A stretch of DNA of 64,000 bases. It comes from Thermoanaerobaculia bacterium. Lineage in GTDB: Bacteria > Acidobacteriota > Thermoanaerobaculia > UBA5066. The notes under the pieces were generated by a model. That model made no database searches, was not told the origin of the DNA, and saw only the letters and a program-made list of their open reading frames with translations. Shown one piece after another: positions 50,382 through 59,917 of this stretch. Both the position numbers and the translations under genes were made by a program. Position 1 is the stretch's first letter. Each line of letters opens with the position of its first letter. Location: the NCBI GenBank assembly GCA_963719225.1, contig CAVRAY010000001.1, positions 448,001 to 512,000 on the forward strand. Direction: 5' to 3'.

Positions 50382-51114
50382 CGCCGTACTTCGCCAGGAC
50401 GTTGGACACGTGGAACTTGATCGTCCGGCTCGTGAGTTGGCGTTTTCGCGCGATCTCCTTGTTCGACAGATTGAGGAGAAGGTCCTCGAGGATCTCGCTC
50501 TCGCGTGGCGTGAGCGCGGCACGGCTGGCCGGGCGCGGCCGGCTCGTCGACCTGACGGTGAGCTCCACGAACCTCGAGAGGAGAGCGCGGGGAACCCAGA
50601 AGCCCCCGGCCGCGACCGACTCGAGAGCCTGGCACAGCCGCTCGCGCATCTCCGCGTACGTGACGAGGCCTTTCACGCCGGCGCGCAGGAGGTGGAACGC
50701 GTCGGGTTCGTCGTCGAACTGCTCGGCCAGAACGACCATCCGGACGGACGGGTTCATCCGCTCGAGCCGGTCCAGGAGGGGAACGGCCGGGGAGGCCCCG
50801 TGGTTGGTGTCCACGACGACGAGGCGCGCGACGGCGAGATGCGTCGCTTCGGACGGCGCGAGGCCGGTGTCCGGGATCCGGATGTCCGTGACGTCGAACG
50901 AGCTTCCCTCGAGACAAACGCGGAACTCCGCCGCGACGAGCGGATGCCGCCAAAGAAGACACACCGGAAGCGCATTCGCGCGTCCTCCGGCGGAGGTCTT
51001 GTCGGACGTGTGCGTCGATGCCATGAGCAATCGTCGAGTCGCGGGAGCGGCGATCCGCCTGCCGGACCGAAAACCAATCGTAATATACGGTGTTCCGGGA
51101 GGAGGAGAGGAAGC

Positions 51115-51864
51115 ATGAACCGCGCCCGACGCCTCCTGATCGCTTTCGCCCCCCTCGTGCTCCTCTTCGGGACGCCGCTCGTTTCGCGCGCGGACGAGTT
51201 CGCGGAGGCCCGTCTCGCGAGCGGTATCGACGCCTTCAAGGCGAAGCGGTACCCCGAGGCGTCCGACCATTTCCGGATCGCGTGCTTCGGCCTTCTCGAC
51301 CAGCCTGTCCTCCTGACGGAAGGCCTCGTGCGGCTCGCCCTCGCACAGGAGGCGGCGGGACGAAAGGGGGACGCCGAGAAGACGCTCGAGCGGTTCCTGG
51401 ACGTGGAGAGGAAGTTCACCGCCTACGCAAAGGCCCGACTCGACGCGCCGACCCGGGCGGAGTTCCAGACCCTCCTGCGCGGACGGCTGCCGGCCGACGT
51501 CCTCGCGACCGTTCCGTCGCTGTCCCGGCCGTCCGCTCCGCTCGGCGGCCGGGTGGACGAATCCATCGACCGCCCCGCGCTCGCGCAGAGCGCCACCGGC
51601 AGCATCTCCGGCACCGTTCTCGACGAGGCGGGTGCGCCCATTCCTGCAGCCAACGTGACCGCGAAGCACGTGAAGACAGGCGCCATTCGAAACGCGACGA
51701 CGAACGCGAACGGAGCGTTCCTGTTCCCGCTCGTGCCGGTCGGCTCCTACGAGGTGTCCGCGAGCCTCAAGGGTTTTTCCACGTCGAACGTCGGCAAGGC
51801 TGAGATCACCGACGGCGCGGAAACGACCTTCCGGATCAAGATGGCGATCGCGGACGTGAAGTAG
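51115..51864 (+). CDS. Secreted protein with a TPR-like helical region and a carboxypeptidase-regulatory-like domain
   Basis: Signal peptide after SD GAGGA. C-terminal GSISGTVLDEAGAPIPAANVT...TNANGAFLFPLVPVGSYEVSASLKGF. Confidence 0.75.
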   Translation: MNRARRLLIAFAPLVLLFGTPLVSRADEFAEARLASGIDAFKAKRYPEASDHFRIACFGLLDQPVLLTEGLVRLALAQEAAGRKGDAEKTLERFLDVERKFTAYAKARLDAPTRAEFQTLLRGRLPADVLATVPSLSRPSAPLGGRVDESIDRPALAQSATGSISGTVLDEAGAPIPAANVTAKHVKTGAIRNATTNANGAFLFPLVPVGSYEVSASLKGFSTSNVGKAEITDGAETTFRIKMAIADVK

Positions 51865-51867
51865 ACC

Positions 51868-53148
51868 GTGGTCGTCACGAAAGCGTCGCGTCTCTCGTGC
51901 GCCGCGGGGCTTCTGATCCTCTTCTCGAGCGGCCGGGTGCGCGCCCAGCTCGTGACCGACGAGGTCCCGCGCGCGGCCACCGTTCCGGCCCGCGAGGAGC
52001 TTCGGCGCGACCTCGAGGAGAGCCGGTACCGTCTCGGAACGCTCCGCATCGCGCCCAGGCTCTCCCTCGAGAACCTGGGATACAACGACAACATCAACGG
52101 ATCTACCGTCGATCCGATGTCCGAAGTCACGGGCACGGTCGTGGCGGGCGCCCGTCTCACGCAGCCTCTCTCGCCGAAGCTCGCGCTCCGCGCGGACCTC
52201 TTTCCGGCCTACATCTGGTATGCCCACGAGCCGGAACGGCGCGCTTTCGGAGGACAAGCCGCGGCCGCCTTTCTCGCGTTCTTCAATCACCTGACGTTCA
52301 TCGGGTCGGGCTGGGCGACGCGCTCGGACGCCGTCGTGAGCACCGAGGTCCTCGCGATCCAGCGGGAGGACGTCCGCGCCGCGAAGGGGGAGTTCGACCT
52401 CGCTCTTCTCCGCCGGCTCTCGATCGTCGGGAACGGAGAATGGCAGCGGCGCCGGTATAGCGCGGGCGGGGCGACGGACCCGGTCTCCGACTACTCTGTG
52501 AACGACCGCACGGATACCGCGGCGCGCGGCGGGCTCCGTTACCGGTTCCAGGAATCGGTGGACGTCTCGGTCGGCGTCGAGGGGACCTGGACGGATTTCG
52601 TGAGCGTGCCCCTGGAGCGGGACAACACGAGCCGGGCCGTCGTCGTCGGCGTGCACGCCGAGCGGCCCCGGCTCGTCGTCAACCTCTCGGCCGCGTATCG
52701 GAGAGGCGAGGCGCGGAACGGGTCGACGTTTCCCGCCTACGAGGAGCCGACGGGAAGCGGATACGTGTCGGTCACGGTGGTCCGCCCGCTCGACGTGGAG
52801 CTCACGGGGCGGCGCCGTATTTCGTACAGCCTCGGAAACCCGAGCCCGTATTACCTCGAGACCCGTTACGGCGCCGGCGTCCGCCTCCGCGTCGGGTCGC
52901 GCGCGACGCTTCACGCCACTACCGAGCTCGGAGCGAACCGGTACACCGTCGGCGATCGTCCGGACCCGGCGGGTCGCGTCGACGACGCGACGATCTACGG
53001 CGGATCCGTGGAATTCGTCCTGTCGCCCTCCGTGACGCTGGGCGCGTTCATCGCGCGCACGCGATACGATTCCAACGTCGACACGTTCGATCGCCGGTAC
53101 AACCAGTTCGGCGTCGGACTCAGGATTGGAAGGGATTTTCTGCGATGA
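51868..53148 (+). CDS. Polysaccharide-associated outer-membrane beta-barrel
   Basis: Signal peptide, GYNDN motif and alternating amphipathic beta-strands. ATGA-coupled to the wza-like gene. Confidence 0.65.
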   Translation: MVVTKASRLSCAAGLLILFSSGRVRAQLVTDEVPRAATVPAREELRRDLEESRYRLGTLRIAPRLSLENLGYNDNINGSTVDPMSEVTGTVVAGARLTQPLSPKLALRADLFPAYIWYAHEPERRAFGGQAAAAFLAFFNHLTFIGSGWATRSDAVVSTEVLAIQREDVRAAKGEFDLALLRRLSIVGNGEWQRRRYSAGGATDPVSDYSVNDRTDTAARGGLRYRFQESVDVSVGVEGTWTDFVSVPLERDNTSRAVVVGVHAERPRLVVNLSAAYRRGEARNGSTFPAYEEPTGSGYVSVTVVRPLDVELTGRRRISYSLGNPSPYYLETRYGAGVRLRVGSRATLHATTELGANRYTVGDRPDPAGRVDDATIYGGSVEFVLSPSVTLGAFIARTRYDSNVDTFDRRYNQFGVGLRIGRDFLR

Positions 53149-53981
53149 GGCGGTGGTGTCGGGTCCTTTTCCTCGGACTTTTCGCGGCTTTCGCGGCGCG
53201 CGCGGAGGATCCTGCCGCCTCCGTGGAGTACCGCCTCGGACCGAGGGACCTCCTCGAGATCAAGGTGCTCGAGATCCCCGAGCTGAACGTGGAGCGGCGC
53301 GTCTCGGACCGCGGGGCCGTCGCCCTGCCGCTCCTGGGTGACTTTCCGGTCGAGGGCCTGACGGCTGCGGAAGTGCGCGCGAAGCTCGAGGCTCTCCTCA
53401 AGGAAAAGTACGTCAACCGGGCCGACGTCTCGATCATCGTGAAGGACTTCGCGAACAAGCCGGTGTCCATCCTCGGTGCCGTCCAGCGCCCGGGCTCGTT
53501 GAACATCTCGGGCCGCTGGTTCCTCCTGCAGGCGATCTCGGCGGCGGGAGGCGTGACGGAAGCGGCAGGGCGGAAGATCTACGTTCTGCGCCGCAGCGAC
53601 AACGGACTTTCCGACACGCTGGAGGTCTCGACCGACGACCTCTTCCGCAACGCGTCCCAGATGTGGAACATCCCGATCTATCCCTCGGACGTCGTGAACG
53701 TCCCGGCGCGCAGCACGGTGCGGATCTTCTGCATCGGAGAGGTCAAGACTCCGGGCGCGGTCGAGTTCTCGACGGACGACCGGATCACGCTGCTCTCCGT
53801 CCTCTCGAAGGCCGGGGGCCTGACGGACCGCGCCTCGAGGACGCTTCATATCAGACGCCGCGATGCGAGCGGCAAGGACGTCGAGACCTCCGTGGACTAC
53901 AAGCGCGTCCTTTCGGGCAAGGATCCGGATCCCGTCCTGAAGGCGGACGACGTCGTCGTGATCAAGGAGTCGTTCTTCTAG
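53145..53981 (+). CDS. wza: Short OPX polysaccharide export protein (Poly_export plus two SLBB domains)
   Basis: YRLGPRDLLEIKV, GAVALPLLG, GAVQRPG, GEVKTPG. Ends VIKESFF with no C-terminal OM helix. Confidence 0.85.
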   Translation: MRRWCRVLFLGLFAAFAARAEDPAASVEYRLGPRDLLEIKVLEIPELNVERRVSDRGAVALPLLGDFPVEGLTAAEVRAKLEALLKEKYVNRADVSIIVKDFANKPVSILGAVQRPGSLNISGRWFLLQAISAAGGVTEAAGRKIYVLRRSDNGLSDTLEVSTDDLFRNASQMWNIPIYPSDVVNVPARSTVRIFCIGEVKTPGAVEFSTDDRITLLSVLSKAGGLTDRASRTLHIRRRDASGKDVETSVDYKRVLSGKDPDPVLKADDVVVIKESFF

Positions 53982-54011
53982 GTCCTTGCGCCCGGACGGA
54001 GCCTTCCATTC

Positions 54012-54746
54012 GTGATCGAGATCCACTTCCATTGCCTTCCGCGCGTCGACGACGGCCCCGCGAATTGGGACGATGCCGTCGCGCTCTGCCGCGCGGCCGC
54101 GGCGGAGGGCACCACTCGGATCGTCGCCACGCCGCACGTCCTCCGAGGCAAGTGGGCCAACACGAATCTGGTCGCGCGGGATGAGCTCGTGGAGTCGCTC
54201 AACGAGTACCTGGGCGGCAAACCGCGGATCCTCTCGGGGTGCGAGTATTTCTACTCGGACGACCTGATCCCGCTCGTCAAGAAAGGAACGGCGAGCCCTT
54301 TGACCGGGCTGGGGCGGGGGCGTTACCTCCTGGTCGAGTTCGGTCCGGGTCACGTCCCGCCGTTGATCGCGTCCGTCTTCCACGAGCTCCGGATCCTGGG
54401 GACCAACCCGGTGATCGCGCATCCGGAGCGCCATCTCGAGTTCGCGCGCCACCCGGAGCGCCTCCAGGAGCTCGTCGGAAGAGGCGCGCTCGTTCAGATC
54501 ACGGCGGGCAGCCTTCTCGGCGATTTCGGAAAGACCGCGCAGAAGGGCTGCGAGGATTTCTTCCGCCTCGGGATCGTGCATGCGATCTCGTCGGACGCGC
54601 ACTCCGTGTCGCGGAGGCCCCCGCGGATGGCGGCCGCGCGGGAAAGGATCCGGAAGAAGTGGGGGGTCGAGGCCGAGCGCGGCCTCTTCGTCGACAACCC
54701 CGAGGCCATCCTGGCCTCGCGTCCGGTCCCGTTCACGGGAGCCTGA
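54012..54746 (+). CDS. CpsB/CapC PHP-family tyrosine phosphatase
   Basis: IHFHCLPRVDDG, VATPH, YLLVEF, IAHPER, SSDAH. Confidence 0.9.
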   Translation: MIEIHFHCLPRVDDGPANWDDAVALCRAAAAEGTTRIVATPHVLRGKWANTNLVARDELVESLNEYLGGKPRILSGCEYFYSDDLIPLVKKGTASPLTGLGRGRYLLVEFGPGHVPPLIASVFHELRILGTNPVIAHPERHLEFARHPERLQELVGRGALVQITAGSLLGDFGKTAQKGCEDFFRLGIVHAISSDAHSVSRRPPRMAAARERIRKKWGVEAERGLFVDNPEAILASRPVPFTGA

Positions 54747-54764
54747 CCCGCTCCCCGGGAACCC

Positions 54765-56720
54765 CTAGTCCTCGAGGTACGTGTACTGCGAGAGGATCTG
54801 CTCGAAGTCCTTCGCGATCGCCTTCGCCTCGGGCTCCTTGACCTTCTTGCGCTCGGTGGCGCGCCGCAGCTGGCGCCAGATGCCGTCGAGCAGCTCGTCC
54901 TTGTCGTAGTTCATGTACGAGAGAACGCGCTCGCACGACTCGCCCGGGAGGACGTCCTGGATGCGCGTGCGGCCGTCCTCGTCCACGCTCGCGAGCACCT
55001 CGTGTGCCTCGCCGAAGAGGTTGTGGAGGTCGCCGAGAACGTCCTGGTAGGCCCCGACGAGACAAAACCCGATGTAGTACGGGGTCCCCTTGTGGAACGC
55101 GTGGAGCGGCAGCGCTTCCTTGATGTCCCTGAGGTCGATGAACTTCTCGATCTTGCCGTCCGAATCGCACGTGATGTCGGCGAGCGTCCCGTGCTCGCTG
55201 GGCCTCTCGCGCAACCGGTGGATCGGGAGGATCGGGAAGAGCTGGTCGATCGCCCAGACGTCCGGCAGCGACTGGAAGACCGACATGTTCATGACGTACT
55301 TGTCCGCCAGCATGACCTCGAGCTGCTCGAACTCCTCGGGGATGTCCTTGAGCGTGTGGAGATGCCGCCGGATGCGGTCGCAGATGTTCCAGTAGAGGAT
55401 CTCGCCCTTGCTCCGGTCCTCGAGCGAAACGTACCCGAGATTGAAGAGCGTAAAGAGCTCCTCCTTGTACTGGAGGGCGTCGTGATAGCTCTCGCGCATC
55501 GTCTTCGCCGTGACGCCCTGCCAGACGTCGTACATTTCACGCACGACGTGGTTCTCGTCGCCGTCGAGCTTCACGGTGCGGCCCTGCTCGATTCGGTCCG
55601 CGACGTCGAGGACGTTCGTCACGAGGACCGAGTGATACGCCGTGATGGCTCGCCCCGACTCCGTGACGAGCGTCGGGACCGGGACTTTCTCCTCGTCGCA
55701 GATCGACTTGATCGTGTAGACGATGTCGTTCGCGTACTCCTGCACGGTGTAGTTCATCGAGGAGTCGAACGCCGTCTTGCTGCCGTCGTAGTCCACGCCG
55801 AGCCCGCCGCCGAGGTTCAGGAACTTCACCTCCACGCCCGACCGGTAGAGCTTCGCGTAGACGCGCCCCGCCTCCTTGATTGCCTGCTTGACCTTGCGGA
55901 TGTCCGTGATCTGCGAGCCGATGTGGAAATGGAGCATGACGAGGCTGTCGAGCATCTTGCGGTGGCGGAGGATCTCGACGGCCTCGAGCATCTCGGTCGT
56001 CGTCAGGCCGAATTTCGCCGCCTCGCCGCCCGACTTCGCCCATTTACCCGAGCCGCGCGCGTAGAGCTTGCTGCGCATGCCGATCAGGGGCTTGATGCCG
56101 CGCTTCTTGGCGACGTCGAGGATGCGCTCGAGCTCGGAGACCTTCTCGAGGATGAGGACGACGGTCTTGCCCATCCGGATGCCGTTCAGAGCGAGCCGGA
56201 TGAACGCGTCGTCCTTGTAGCCGTTCGTCGTGATGAGGCAGTCGGAGCCGAGGTCCTGCGAGAGGGCCGCGAGGAGCTCCGGCTTCGATCCCGCCTCGAG
56301 GCCATAGCCGTACTTGCGGCCGGACTGGATGATCTCCTTCACGACGACTTTCTTCTGGTTCACCTTGATCGGGAACACGCCACGAAAGACGCCGTCGTAT
56401 TCGTACTCCTTGATGGCGTGCAGAAAAGCCTCGTTGAGCTCCTTCACGGCGGCGTCGAGGATCTGCGGGAACCGGATCACGACAGGCGTCGAGATGCCGC
56501 GCAGGCCCACGTCGTCGATGACGGACTTGAGATCCACGAAGCGGTGGTTCTCGCGGGTGGGGTGGACCAGGAGGTTTCCTTCCTCCGAGACGGAGAAAAA
56601 ACCCTTGCTCCAGTTCTCGATTCCGTAGAGCTTCTCCGCGTCGGCGAACTTCTCCGGGACGCGGACGCGGGAAGGTTTCGGGGCCCTCGAGCCCCGGGAG
56701 ACTGCGGCGTTGCTCGACAT
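54765..56720 (-). CDS. speA: Biosynthetic arginine decarboxylase
   Basis: YGIENW, VFPIKVNQ, GLEAGSKPEL, HFHIGSQ, GGGLGVDYDG, SVFQSLPD, DITCDSDG, GAYQ...HNLFG. Start ATG 56720. Confidence 0.93.
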   Translation of the reverse strand: MSSNAAVSRGSRAPKPSRVRVPEKFADAEKLYGIENWSKGFFSVSEEGNLLVHPTRENHRFVDLKSVIDDVGLRGISTPVVIRFPQILDAAVKELNEAFLHAIKEYEYDGVFRGVFPIKVNQKKVVVKEIIQSGRKYGYGLEAGSKPELLAALSQDLGSDCLITTNGYKDDAFIRLALNGIRMGKTVVLILEKVSELERILDVAKKRGIKPLIGMRSKLYARGSGKWAKSGGEAAKFGLTTTEMLEAVEILRHRKMLDSLVMLHFHIGSQITDIRKVKQAIKEAGRVYAKLYRSGVEVKFLNLGGGLGVDYDGSKTAFDSSMNYTVQEYANDIVYTIKSICDEEKVPVPTLVTESGRAITAYHSVLVTNVLDVADRIEQGRTVKLDGDENHVVREMYDVWQGVTAKTMRESYHDALQYKEELFTLFNLGYVSLEDRSKGEILYWNICDRIRRHLHTLKDIPEEFEQLEVMLADKYVMNMSVFQSLPDVWAIDQLFPILPIHRLRERPSEHGTLADITCDSDGKIEKFIDLRDIKEALPLHAFHKGTPYYIGFCLVGAYQDVLGDLHNLFGEAHEVLASVDEDGRTRIQDVLPGESCERVLSYMNYDKDELLDGIWRQLRRATERKKVKEPEAKAIAKDFEQILSQYTYLED

Positions 56721-56784
56721 CGCGCGAATCTTACGCAGGGAAGGCCGGATGGTGTCGAAAATTTCGGCGGTAGGATGACCTCCG

Positions 56785-58194
56785 GTGAAAGTCCCCGTCC
56801 ACATCCTCTCCGGGTTCCTCGGAGTCGGAAAGACGACCGCCGTGAAGGATCTCCTCGGCCGCCGGGCCGATCGCGAGCGGATCGCTGTCGTCGTTAACGA
56901 GTTCGGCACGCTCGGGGTGGACGGAGCGCTCCTGTCGGACTGTGCGAGCTGCATCCTCCGCGAGGTGCCGGGCGGCTGCGTGTGCTGCACCGCGATGGCC
57001 GACCTCGAGGCATCGCTGGAGGAGATCTCGGACCTCGTGGCGCCGACGCGCTTCGTCGTGGAGCCGACGGGGCTCGCCAAGCCGTCCGAGCTCGTCGACC
57101 TCCTGCGAGGCGCGCGTTGGGCGAGCCGGTTCGACGTGAGGCCGGTGATCACGCTCCTCGACCCGCAGCAGGACCCGGCGAAGGCCTATGCGGAGAGCGC
57201 GCTGTTCCGCGACCAGGTGGACGCGGGCGACATTCTGGTGGTCAATCGGTGCGACGTGGCGTCGGAAGAAGAGATTCTTCGAGTGGAAGAGTGGGCCCGG
57301 GCGTTGGCACCGCCGAAGCTTCGAATCGTCAGGGCGTCGTACGGAGTCCTTCCCGACGAGATCTGGGACCTCGAGCGGCGGACGCCGGCGCCCGCCACGG
57401 CTCTCCTTGTTTCGAGCGCCTCGCACCCGCACCCTCGTAGAGATTTCTTAGAAGGGTATGTGAGCCGCGGCGTCGCCCAGCCGCCGGAGCGAATCTTCGA
57501 TGCGGATCGACTCCTTTCCGCTCTGGAGTCGCTGCGAGCCGGACGGCTGACTCGAGGCCGCGTCGCCCGCACCAAAGGCCTCTTTCACACGACGGCCGGC
57601 TGGCGCCTCCACGAGATCGCGGGCGGGAGGCTCTCGACCGCACCGACGTCCTGGCGGCGCGACAGCCGCGTGGACGTGATCCTGAAGGACCCGAAGACGG
57701 GGGAGGGAGAGGGAGATTTCTTCGAATGGGAAAGAGCGCTGACGGATGCGCTGGTGCCCGCCGATGCACCACTTCTGATGCTGGAAGACGGCGCCGGGGC
57801 GATGCGCGCATACGACCCAAGAGGCTTCGAAGCCCTGTCGCATTACCTTTCAAAGAAAATCTTTTCTTCCTCTTCCTCTTCCTCTTCCTCTTCCTCTCCC
57901 GCGCCTTCGCTCAACGCCTTTCGCCTTGGTGACGTGATGGCCCACGCCGGCCTCGCTCGCGAAGCGGACTGGATGTGGCTCGTCATGGACTCCGGCCTCT
58001 TCGGCGTCGGCGGGCCGCGCCACGTCCTCGAGAACGGGATCGTGTTCCCAGGAGCCGACGGTTTCCGCTTCGTCCTGCCGGACGACGCGGCACGGGGCTC
58101 CGAGGACGACGTCGACGCCTGCCGGGACCTCACGAACGTCTGCGGCGTTCGCCTCGCCGAGGCGCCGGGGGCGGCCGAAGGGCCACCGGCGTGA
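56785..58194 (+). CDS. CobW/COG0523 metal-chaperone GTPase with a C-terminal extension
   Basis: SGFLGVGKTT, NEFG, GCVCC, VEPTGLA, VNRCD, RTKG. Confidence 0.85.
   Translation: MKVPVHILSGFLGVGKTTAVKDLLGRRADRERIAVVVNEFGTLGVDGALLSDCASCILREVPGGCVCCTAMADLEASLEEISDLVAPTRFVVEPTGLAKPSELVDLLRGARWASRFDVRPVITLLDPQQDPAKAYAESALFRDQVDAGDILVVNRCDVASEEEILRVEEWARALAPPKLRIVRASYGVLPDEIWDLERRTPAPATALLVSSASHPHPRRDFLEGYVSRGVAQPPERIFDADRLLSALESLRAGRLTRGRVARTKGLFHTTAGWRLHEIAGGRLSTAPTSWRRDSRVDVILKDPKTGEGEGDFFEWERALTDALVPADAPLLMLEDGAGAMRAYDPRGFEALSHYLSKKIFSSSSSSSSSSSPAPSLNAFRLGDVMAHAGLAREADWMWLVMDSGLFGVGGPRHVLENGIVFPGADGFRFVLPDDAARGSEDDVDACRDLTNVCGVRLAEAPGAAEGPPA
57865..57894 (+). repeat. (TCTTCC)5 in-frame microsatellite encoding poly-Ser
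   Basis: Five perfect hexamers followed by one degenerate copy (tctccc). Confidence 0.9.
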
Positions 58195-59312
58195 CGAAGC
58201 GCGGGCGGCGTGCGCCTCGGCGCGGCGCCGGCGACAGCTCGAGCCCGGGCGCGACGTCGAAGCGAGGCCTGCTCCTCTACGGCGCGAACGGCTACACGGG
58301 AAAGCTCATCCTGGACGTCGCGCTCCGTGAGGGGCTCCGTCCCGTCCTGGCGGGTCGCCGCGCGGACGCCGTCGAGCCGATCGCGAAAGCACACTCTCTT
58401 CAGAGCCTGTGCTTCCCGCTGGACGACCCCGAGTTGATGTCGCGCCTCCTCGAGCCGTTCTCCGCGCTCCTGCTCGCGGCGGGCCCGTTCTCGAGGACGA
58501 GCGCTCCGGCCCTCGAGGCCTGCCTGCGCTCGAAGACCTCGTATCTCGACATCACGGGCGAGGTGGACGTCTTCGAATCCGTCTTCGCGCGCGACGCGGA
58601 CGCGAAGAAGGCGGGAATCGCGGTGCTTCCCGGAACCGGTTTCGACGTCGTGCCCTCGGACTGCCTCGCGAAGGCTTTGTCCGAGGAGCTGCCAGGCACC
58701 ACGACGCTCACGCTCGCGTTCCGCGGCTTCAAGTCGAGCGCGGGCACGATGAAGACGGTGGTCGAGAGCCTTCCGAAGGGAGGGCTCGCGCGCGTGGACG
58801 GCTCTCTCGTGCGGGTGCCCGCGGCCTGGAAGACCATGGAGGTTCCTTTCACAGACAAGCCGCGCCTCGCGATGACGATCCCCTGGGGCGATCTCTCGAC
58901 CGCGTTCCGCTCCACGGGGATTCCGAACATCGAGGTTTACATGGCCGTCCCGCCCTCGGCCGTCTCGAGCGCGCGGCGGATGCGCCCGTTCGCGAAGTTC
59001 CTGGGCCTGCCCTTCGTCCAAACGTTCCTCATGCGGCGAATCGAGAGGCGCGTCGTCGGCCCCACGGCGGAAGAGCGCCAGCGCGAGCGCTCCTTCCTGT
59101 GGGGGCGTGTCACGAACGGGACGCGCTCCCTCACGGCCACGCTCGAGACGCCGGAGGGCTACGCGCTCACGGCCGAGACGAGCGTCGCGATCGCGAGGCG
59201 CGTCCTCGAAGGCGGCGTCTCGCCCGGCGTCCACACGCCTTCCCAGGCCTTCGGCGCCCGCTTCATCGAGGCCATTCCGGGGACGAACCTGAGGATCGGC
59301 GACGCCGTCTGA
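58191..59312 (+). CDS. Saccharopine-dehydrogenase-like oxidoreductase
   Basis: LYGANGYTG, LAGR, AGPF, YLDITGE, GFDVVPSD, IPWGD. GTGA-coupled. Confidence 0.85.
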   Translation: MTKRGRRAPRRGAGDSSSPGATSKRGLLLYGANGYTGKLILDVALREGLRPVLAGRRADAVEPIAKAHSLQSLCFPLDDPELMSRLLEPFSALLLAAGPFSRTSAPALEACLRSKTSYLDITGEVDVFESVFARDADAKKAGIAVLPGTGFDVVPSDCLAKALSEELPGTTTLTLAFRGFKSSAGTMKTVVESLPKGGLARVDGSLVRVPAAWKTMEVPFTDKPRLAMTIPWGDLSTAFRSTGIPNIEVYMAVPPSAVSSARRMRPFAKFLGLPFVQTFLMRRIERRVVGPTAEERQRERSFLWGRVTNGTRSLTATLETPEGYALTAETSVAIARRVLEGGVSPGVHTPSQAFGARFIEAIPGTNLRIGDAV

Positions 59313-59469
59313 GCGAGGGGAGGCGCAGGGAGAAGGGCGAAGGCAGCGAGAAGGCGAACGGTCGATTTCTTCATGGATCCCTCCCTGGCCCGGGCGAAAA
59401 GCGGCCCGGAACGTCAGAAGGGCCGGCCGCCGAGAAGTCCAGGGGCGAGGCGCCGAAGGGCGCGTCCCG

Positions 59470-59873
59470 ATGAGCGCGATCCGGAACGTCTGGCGGCTCG
59501 TGTCCGTCGTCCTGCCGATCGTCCTGACGAGCCTCTTCAGCCTGTTACGGTCTCGCAGGTGCGCGAGAAGGCGCAGACGCTGCGGGGAGCCTCGGTGGAC
59601 GAGGCGGGTCTCGACACGAGCGTGAGCGCGCTCTACCGCTCGTACGCGAACAACTCGATCTTCCTGACGCGTGACCTCGAGCAGCGCCTGCGCGACCTCT
59701 GGACCCACAGCCTCACGATCCTCCGCGGCGACAAGGTCTCGAAGGCGGACGCCGAGAAGATCGTCGAAGGCATCGCCCGGATCGAGGAGCAGATGCGCCG
59801 GGACCTTCTCATCGACGAGCTCACGGCCGAGCAGAAGCTCCTCCAGCAGCCCGCGGCGGCCCCGGTACGGTGA
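59470..59873 (+). CDS. Small membrane-anchored helical hypothetical protein, apparently frameshifted
   Basis: ATG 59470 gives hydrophobic MSAIRNVWRLVSVVLPIVLTSLFS. The coding-like helical body (VTVSQVREKAQ...LLQQPAAAPVR) is in the adjacent frame. Confidence 0.45.
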
Positions 59874-59917
59874 GACCGAGGCTCGACGGAAGGGCCGTGA
59901 CTCGCTAGTCTCTCCGT

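Noticed and set aside
54765-56720. speA as supplier of agmatine or polyamine to the A-less C domain
   Set aside because: A housekeeping gene convergent on the locus edge and about 28 kb from the NRPS genes. Adjacency alone is not evidence.
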